Source: Eledone cirrhosa (lineage: Eukaryota). From it: DNA of 64,000 bases. Positions 55,747 to 64,000 of the stretch are shown one piece after another; position 1 is the first letter of the stretch; each line of letters opens with the position of its first letter. The stretch lies in contig OZ024751.1 in assembly GCA_964016885.1 (NCBI GenBank), positions 53,196,001-53,260,000 on the forward strand. Direction: 5' to 3'. Under the pieces are notes generated by a model. The model ran no database searches, had not been told where the DNA came from, and worked only from the letters and a program-made list of their open reading frames with translations. The position numbers and the translations under genes are program-made.

Positions 55747-56124
55747 GCGTGTGTCTTTTCAGTATGTGTGTGTGTTTGTGTGTCTCTCTGTTTCTCTCTG
55801 TGTGTATGTGTATGCATGTATATATCTGTTTGTGTATGCGTCTTTGTGTGACACTTTTCATTTTTACTTGAAAGAATTGTTTCTGTTATGTTTAGTTATG
55901 TTATATTGAATATTCAAGTGTCTTTTGTGGTTATGAAAACATAAAAGGAACGGAAAGACAAGGGCTCTAGGGTCACAGAAGAATGGGGAAGAAGGCGGAG
56001 TTGTATGGGCTCTGGGACAAGATCGCGAAAGCATTCCCAGTTTAGTTATTAGTTCTGAACACTAGCACTAATAATCCCTGATAGGTCGCCTTGAACCACA
56101 CAGATTGAAGTCCCACTCTGCTTA

Positions 56125-56450
56125 CTAAACCAACCTCCCATCTAAACCCTGTTTAACCAACCTCCCACCTAAATCTTGTTTAAACAACCTCCCCCTAAAC
56201 CCTATTTAACCACCTCCCATCTAAACTCTGTTTAACCAAACCCCTGTCTAAACCCTGTTTTACCAACCTCCCATCTAAACCTTGTTTAACCAACCTCCCA
56301 CCTAAAACCTGTTTAACCAAACCCTATCTAAACCCTGTTTAACTAAACCCTGTCTAAACTCTGATTAACCAACCTCAGTCTAAACTATTAACCATCCTCG
56401 TGCAGTTAATCCTTGTTAAGCGATCTTCAATCTTTAACTCAAGTTAACCA
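56125..56450. repeat. Degenerate 27-28-bp minisatellite
   Basis: Unit approximately TTAACCAACCTCCCATCTAAACCCTGT. Confidence 0.85.
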
Positions 56451-57533
56451 TCGTTTTATTAGACTATTACAGAACTCACATCTATGAGAGAAACATCCCT
56501 AGATGATATGTGAACATGGGGCTAGGGGTGGGTAAACTTTTACTGTTCTCCCTGTTCCAGCCCAGGCTTACGGCCATGCTGGGACACAGTCTTTGTTGCC
56601 ACACTTTGGGCATCCTTCCTTGGCTTGTCAATCGATGAATAAGGGAGTTTGATATTGCTGCCTTTATTTCAGTTTCTTGAATTTATTGAATAATGTGTTC
56701 TAAAACGCTAGAGGTGGGATTCAACATGGACATACGAGGGAGCAACTCATCTCCCCTGTCACCTTACCACTACATAAAATAAATCTGTAAATGGAGCCAA
56801 TTGAAGCAAAAAATATAACATTAAATAAACACAAATGTATTAGAATCTTGTCATAACTCAATATTCTATGTATTTATATATCATAGAAGCATTTGATATA
56901 GTAGCTGTATTCACAACATAAACAGAAATATGAATACAAAAGACAATAATAGGATTAATAGTTAAGCATATTTGATACTCTGTGAAAGCGATCATTTGAA
57001 ATGTTCTTCCATTTTGAATACAAGTTTTCGTTTGATGAAAGAACACGATTAATGGTGAATAAAGATGTTTTTCTTTAGATATGGTAGATCCTCAAACGGT
57101 TTCCATTCGATCAACAGAACATCTAACTCATGAAATAGAACGTGTGGGCGGTTTTAAAGACACGTCTACACTTTATGTAATTCCCTATCCAAAAAGACAT
57201 GACAAAATGTGTGAAAATGCAGGACATTCAAATAGCTGCATCATGTATTATAGTGTAAAGGGTTGAGTAACCCACACACGAATATATAGGTTTGTACCAG
57301 TTTGCAAGAGTATATCGTTTGTTTTGGCGTCAGAAATTCAGTGAACCATAAACTAACTTTTTACAAACCTCTAACTTACGACGCTATTGTTTACACATTG
57401 TGATATCAAAACAAATATAAAATTAAACAAAAATAAATGATTTCATTGGCTGTTATCCTTTGTCAAGAAGGTATTCCTTGCTGTATTCATATCTAGTATC
57501 AATACATATATACATACATAGCTATGCATGTAC

Positions 57534-57592
<59 letters not shown>

Positions 57593-57705
57593 TGTGTGTG
57601 CATTTTAGTTTATATAGAAATGTCTTCTACATAACTATAACTTTTTCATTCATATGATATGAATGAAACAGTAAAACAGTTAAAATAAAAATACCTATAC
57701 TCTAC

Positions 57706-57779
57706 AAACAGGTAGGACACAGGAAAAGTTGTGGATTTCGGTGAATAAAGGCACACTTTTTCCTGTGTCCTACCTGTTT
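57706..57779. repeat. Short inverted repeat (about 23-bp arms)
   Basis: AAACAGGTAGGACACAGGAAAA ... TTTTCCTGTGTCCTACCTGTTT. Confidence 0.8.
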
Positions 57780-57929
57780 CGTTGCATATCAATGTGCACT
57801 CGAATGAAGAGTATCAGCCTTTCGTGAACCGAAACTATAATGATTTACAGAGGTTAATTGAAGAGAAGAGACTATCCATTTTCCCGGTTTTTTTTTGGCT
57901 TCATGTTTGAAAGTCTTAGCCACGCGGGC

Positions 57930-58004
<75 letters not shown>

Positions 58005-58639
58005 GTCCAACCCATGCAAGTACGAAAAAGCGGGCGTAAGATGATGACACCAGTGTATGCCATAAATATCCACAATATAGCTACTTACAATCTACATTAT
58101 GTATTAAGACACAGGGAAATAGTTATCCATTTTGTTCTGAAACTCACAAGATGGAGAAGCCTAATCTCTTCCCTTCTTACATTAAATATATTTGACGATT
58201 CCAAACTCGCTCAAAATATATATAGCTTTTGATAACTCCGAGGCCCTTCTTTACTTGGGGCCCTAAGCACGTATTTTTTTTGCTTAATCGTTACTCCAGA
58301 ACTGGATATAATACGGATGCATTACCATTTCCCACAAATGTCATTCTCGTGTAAAGGATGTTTACAAAGGGATATTTTTCTATTCTTCTATTCTGCTATT
58401 CTGCTTCACTAAATCACTTATGCTACTTTTATAGCCATTTCAAAGACATCCACACCGAAATATGATATCTGCTTTTGGCTAACTCTTTAAGAATACCTGA
58501 AACATTTCCAGATCTTTCAAGAGCAGTTTTTTCTCGTTTTTGGTTTTTACTTTATTTTTTTAAAAATCATCAATTACTTCCCTATAAACTAATATTGATC
58601 TTCATCAATGGCGCAATGCCACGTGCTTATAGTGAAGTT

Positions 58640-58885
58640 GTTACAGTGAGGTGGTTATTGTGTGGTGGTTATAATGTGGTGATTATAATGGTGTGGTTAT
58701 AGTGGTGTGAATATAGTGTGGTGTGTATAGTGTGGTGTCTATAATGGTGGTTATAGTGGTGTGAATATAGTGTGGTGTGTATAGTGAGGTGGTTATAGTG
58801 AGATGGTTATAGTGTGGTATTTATAGTGTGGTGGTTATAGTAGTGGTTATAGTGAGGTGGTTATAGTGAGATGGTTATAGTGATT
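58640..58885. repeat. Degenerate 14-bp minisatellite
   Basis: Unit approximately TATAGTGWGGTGGT. Confidence 0.85.
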
Positions 58886-59277
58886 AAACACTAGAATGAT
58901 ATGCTATAGTTTTCAGACTATATTATTCAATGTCCATTTTTAAACAACAGGATGGTTTTAGTATACCTCACAAAGAGCTGTATACGTATGAATATAGAAT
59001 TTGAACTCTATAATGAAAATTAACGTAGCCTCCTCCACTATACATATTTTCCGACGCTCTACCGATTCTCCCAATCCCTATTATAGTGTGTTACAGAATC
59101 TAATTCAGTCACTTTTTTTCTCCCTATAAAGACGACCTTTAAATGAAGGGTAGAACCCAAAATAGACTGTATGTCGCCTGTATTTATATTTCACTATAGT
59201 CACATGTAGCTCTAATACATAAAATATATGACATAGCTTCTAGCTTGGCATGAAATCTCTATTAATGTGATTATTTA

Positions 59278-59308
<31 letters not shown>

Positions 59309-59310
59309 GT

Positions 59311-59864
59311 TCATTGATGTTAGTTAACTGGAAAGTTTGTTGAAATGAATATCAAGCCACTACCTGCAGCCTCAGATATTCAGGACGTATCGGAAGGTTC
59401 TTGCTGTTCCCAGCAAGCATGCCTTTTGAAGTGTTCCAAAAAGCGAGGCGGGGCCAATTTTCTTTAACCATCCCTGGAAACTTTTTGAGATAGTACCTAG
59501 TGCGCCTATGACAATCTTTGACTTCATGGCAGTTCCAAATCCTTTTTACCTCCCACTTTAAGTCCTGGTATCGGTTAATTTTCTCCCTCTCCTTTTCTTG
59601 CACTCTCGTGTCGAATGGGCAGGCCACATCCACAATCAGGCACGATCTGTTTTCCTTGTCCAAAACCATCAGGTCAGGTCTGTTGTGTTCCAGTTTCTTG
59701 TCCGTCTGTATCCTAAAATCCCACAGCACCTTCACCTGATCGTTTTCTATCACCGACTCTGGCTTATGCTCATACCACTTCTCAGAATGTGGTAAATTGT
59801 TTACTTTGCATAGGTGCCAGTGGATCACCCTGCCCATCACATCATGTCTCCAGCCTTTATAGTG
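59311..59864 (-). pseudogene. 5'-truncated Dong copy (RLE end) in (TAA)n
   Basis: Highly similar to about 40078-40640; frameshifting deletion after CHEVK; (ATT)n on both sides. Confidence 0.9.
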
Positions 59865-59865
59865 A

Positions 59866-59908
<43 letters not shown>

Positions 59909-60136
59909 CGTCCTGTATTGTCCTGTACTGTCCTTAATGTCTACTTTGTGTAAACCCTTGTGGTTAATAAAGAAAGCAAAGAAAGAAAGCATTATTATTA
60001 TTATTATTTTTCATTGTTATTTTTATTACATCCTTTGTTTTTTTACACGCAGAAATGCCCATTTGTACCGTCCTGTATTGTCCTGAACTGTCCTTAATGT
60101 CTACTTTATGTAAACCCTTGTGGTTAATAAAGAAAG

Positions 60137-60137
<1 letters not shown>
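59909..60137 (+). mobile_element. Two tandem short LINE 3' ends (family B) in (ATT)n
   Basis: CGTCCTGTATTGTCCTG...TGTAAACCCTTGTGGTTAATAAAGAAAGC twice, each followed by (ATT)n. Confidence 0.6.
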
Positions 60138-60199
<62 letters not shown>

Positions 60200-60319
60200 A
60201 TAGAAAAACTCTACAAGATACAAGTCTGTTCTGTCTTCTTTAGAAAACTACCTTATTTCTAACTCGTTCGACTTCTTTCACTTTCTCCATCTCTTTCTAT
60301 CTAATATATAGTTTATTTT

Positions 60320-60763
60320 GATTTATTAATATTGAAGTTTACATAACTTCTATGTAAAAACCCCGCTGTCACGTCTTGTAATGCCCCATTTCTTCTGCGC
60401 CCTTGTGGCAAATAAAGAACCACATCTATCTATCTATCTATCTACCCAGCAAGTTTTATGAAAGGTGGGTGAAAGTGGCGAGAATGGCCCGTGTGAATAG
60501 GCCTTCTCTCTCTCTATCAGCCTGTAGGTTGAGGAAAAAGAGGAAGAGAGGAAAGGGGTACAAACTCTTCGTACCCCTGGAGATGAGGGTTGCACATTTT
60601 TTCGGGGGTATGTGTTACCCATATGTAATGGCTCCCCCTATTGGGGAAAATCGATTAATTTTTAAATTGCATTTGTGATAGTATTTTACACGTTTTTATT
60701 GTATGTAAACTTCCCCCTTTGTATTTGTCCTCTTCTTTTGTGCCCCTGTGGCTAATAAAGAAA
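60320..60763 (+). mobile_element. Two tandem LINE 3' ends (family A) separated and followed by (TATC)n
   Basis: Ends at about 60419 and 60763 (AATAAAGAA); the second begins PSKFYERWVKVARMARV. Confidence 0.6.
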
Positions 60764-60811
60764 CATATCTATCTATCTATTCATTCATTCATTCATACAT
60801 TCATACATCCA

Positions 60812-60889
<78 letters not shown>

Positions 60890-61864
60890 TCCCTCTCTTT
60901 CTCTCTCTCTCTAGTACAGTCTCCCTATAATATAAACAAAATCAAGAGCATACACACATACAAATACATACACACCCAGACACTCGATACACAGGTCAAC
61001 ATCTTCATACACACACCCAAAACACATAGAAAGACCAATCACGCGCACATATATACATACATACACACACACACACACATACACACGTATATATATACAT
61101 CATAGGCAGAAATGCGTAACCAATTAATAGTTATACATCTATAGAAAAACTCACTTTAGCACAGTTAACACACACATACATTTGTATACAGAAACAATTA
61201 TACATAAATAAAATTAGACACACCCATAAACACTTGCTTAGATGCACTGGTGTACACACATTAAACCCATTCTCTGACTGAATGAAATGATCCTCCGTCG
61301 GTTTCGACGATCAGCGTTCCAGTTCGATCAACGAAATAAACCTAGTCGAGAAATTAATATGCAACAGGCTGAGCACGCCACAGACACGTGTGTACCCATA
61401 ACGTGATTCTCAGGGAGATTCAGCATGGCACTTTGTGTGTGACAATGCTGATCCTTTACATTAGAGATCATGCTTTGCAGAACCGAGTTACGGCCCTTTA
61501 CGGTCTGAGTTCAAATCCCACCGAGCTTAACTTTGCCTTTCATCCTTACGGGGTCGATAAAATAAAGTACCAGTAATGCACTGGGATAATTACTGGCCTT
61601 GTGCCAAAAGTAGAAACAATTATAGTGCAAGTGGCTGAGCATCCACAGACACGTGTACCCATAACGTAGTTCTCAGTGTTATTTAGCGTGACACAGGGTG
61701 TAACAAAGCTAACCCTTTGCATTATAGGTCCTTGCGTAAAACTGTAGACATGTGTAGCCATTACGAAATTCTCAGGAAGATTCAGCACAACAAAGTGTAT
61801 GAGAAAGCAGACTCTTTGAATAATTTGCGAGCATGGGTATATAATAAAAATATATAATAAACAT

Positions 61865-61899
<35 letters not shown>

Positions 61900-61905
61900 A
61901 GCATG

Positions 61906-61957
<52 letters not shown>

Positions 61958-62233
61958 CATATATATAATATATATATATATATATAATATATATAGTTGA
62001 AAAAATGAACAGAGAACAACAAACAGAGAGGCAGTACAAATGATATGGTTTTTAGTTTCACGCTTGAGAGTGGGAGGTGGAACTTGAACGTGCTTACTCA
62101 TGCTCAAAAATAAACTTTCTGTCCCGCTTTCCTCACACTCTCACTCAGTACATATATTAGACATATTTACACGCGTATATATGTATGTGTACGTGACACG
62201 AATGCATCGATATGTACAGCACACACACACACA

Positions 62234-62275
<42 letters not shown>

Positions 62276-62283
62276 TAGATATA

Positions 62284-62850
62284 TTTCTTTATTTGCCACA
62301 AGGGCGCACAAGAAAAGGGGACAATACAAAGACATGCCGGGGATTTTACATACAGTCATGTAAAAAATATAAAAACAAACAATTACAACAATCGAAATTC
62401 CCAATAGGGGGGACACGCCACAAATGGGTTGTTTAATACCCCGTCCATAGAACAACCCTCAACTCCAGGAGCGTGTTGTGCAAGTGGTCCTTTCTTCCCT
62501 TTGCTCTCTTCTTCAACCTACAGGTTTATAAACAGAGAAGGCCCAATCACTCGGGCCATTTTCGCTTCATTCACCCACCTTTCAGTAAATTTACTGGGGT
62601 GCAGTGCCTCTCTCTCCACTCTGATTCTCCTTCTAAAGTGATACTTAAAGAAGGCAATAGATAGATAGATAGATAGATAAATATGTTTCTTTATTAGCCA
62701 CAGGTGCAAAAAGAAGGGGACAAATACAAAGGGGGAAGTTTACATACAATAAAACGTGTAAAATATTATCACAAATGCAATTTAAAAATTAGTCGATTTT
62801 CCCCAATAGGGGGAGACAGTTCATAGATAGGAGAAGGCGCCACAAATGGG
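62284..62850 (-). mobile_element. Two tandem LINE 3' ends (family A) separated by (TATC)n
   Basis: 62284-62657 encodes FFKYHFRRRIRVEREALHPSKFTERWVNEAKMARV; 62686-62815 is nearly identical to 60632-60763. Confidence 0.6.
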
Positions 62851-63074
62851 TTGATAGACAGGAAGAAAGATAGTTATCGCCGAATCGAGTTGTTAATGTA
62901 TAATTCTTTATTATTGAAAAGTTAAACAGGTGGGCAGGTAAACAGGTGGTTGACTATATACACGATCTGCACACACACAGAGAAACACACATACATATAC
63001 ACTCACACACACACATATATATGTGTGTGTGTGAGCGTATATGTATATATATATATATATATATATACATATAC

Positions 63075-63136
<62 letters not shown>

Positions 63137-63141
<5 letters not shown>

Positions 63142-63252
63142 TTGTAATAGGATGAAACGAAATTTCATTTCTCACTCTTAGTACGGCACTTACTTAAATG
63201 TAAGTATGTATGTATACGTACATACATATATGTATACAGACGTACAGTAGCA

Positions 63253-63312
<60 letters not shown>

Positions 63313-63810
63313 CAGGTACACATATATATATGTACGTATACATACATACTTACATTTAAGTAAGTGCCGTACTAAGAGTGAGAAATGAAATTTCGTTTCA
63401 TCCTATTACAACTTATCGTTTTCGGTACGCCTGGCCGACTGAACTCACTCGATATGCAAATTAGGCTGCTCAGCCGTTAATTTTCATAAGGAAAGTATAT
63501 ACTTTCGAACGTTCAACCATCTGGCAGAAGGGTATACGGTGCTGATGATAGCTAAGAAGCTTGAAACTAGTACATCGTTCCTGTGTCAGTGTTGAACAAA
63601 AAGGTGACGTGGTTGCCTTAACACCGTACGGCATAAATCAGGCTGTCCGTTTGTTTACAAACGGACAAAGCGGGCGTTATAATAAACGTCCGCTAAACTG
63701 ATACGTACATATATATATGTGTACCTGTATGTATATATATATATATATATATGCATGCTACTGTACGTCTGTATACATATATGTATATACGTATACATAC
63801 ATACTTACAT
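63137..63810. mobile_element. Hammerhead-bearing repeat, copy 2, with inverted plus partial-tandem arrangement
   Basis: 63137-63260 is inverted relative to 63332-63416 and 63750-63810; hammerhead at 63536-63578 is nearly identical to 10504-10548. Confidence 0.75.
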
Positions 63811-63825
63811 ATATATATATATATA

Positions 63826-63884
<59 letters not shown>

Positions 63885-63905
63885 TATATATGTATATATA
63901 TATAT

Positions 63906-63965
<60 letters not shown>

Positions 63966-64000
63966 ATGTATGTATATATGCTTGTATATTTATATGCAGT

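Noticed and set aside
56125-56450. Telomere-like TAAACCC motifs
   Set aside because: The motifs are part of a 27-28-bp minisatellite unit, not a tandem telomeric array.

Overview
Eukaryotic, gene-poor, AT-rich DNA packed with microsatellites ((TA)n, (CA)n, (GA)n, (TATG)n, (TAA)n, (TATC)n). The SINE and microsatellite content suggests a coleoid cephalopod (octopus); this is inference. No host protein-coding gene is convincingly supported, and most listed ORFs are translated microsatellites. Real coding sequence is all retrotransposon-derived: RTE LINEs (APE-RT-C2H2), three R4/Dong-clade elements (RT-CCHC-RLE), a Penelope-like GIY-YIG fragment and probable Tx1/L1 3' ends. Many of these are nested in a stack at about 20-46 kb. 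Highlights: (1) an R4-clade copy (about 23.1-25.0 kb) is massively A-to-G hypermutated on its sense strand, consistent with an ADAR-hyperedited RNA that was reverse-transcribed into the genome; (2) about 20 intact or decayed hammerhead-ribozyme motifs from at least six sequence families, many in fold-back palindromes; (3) retroelement families that each sit in a particular microsatellite, including (TACA)n tracts like those RTE tails deposit; (4) a multi-template-switch inversion-duplication and a twin-primed RTE insertion. Coordinates were read by eye and may be off by a few bases.
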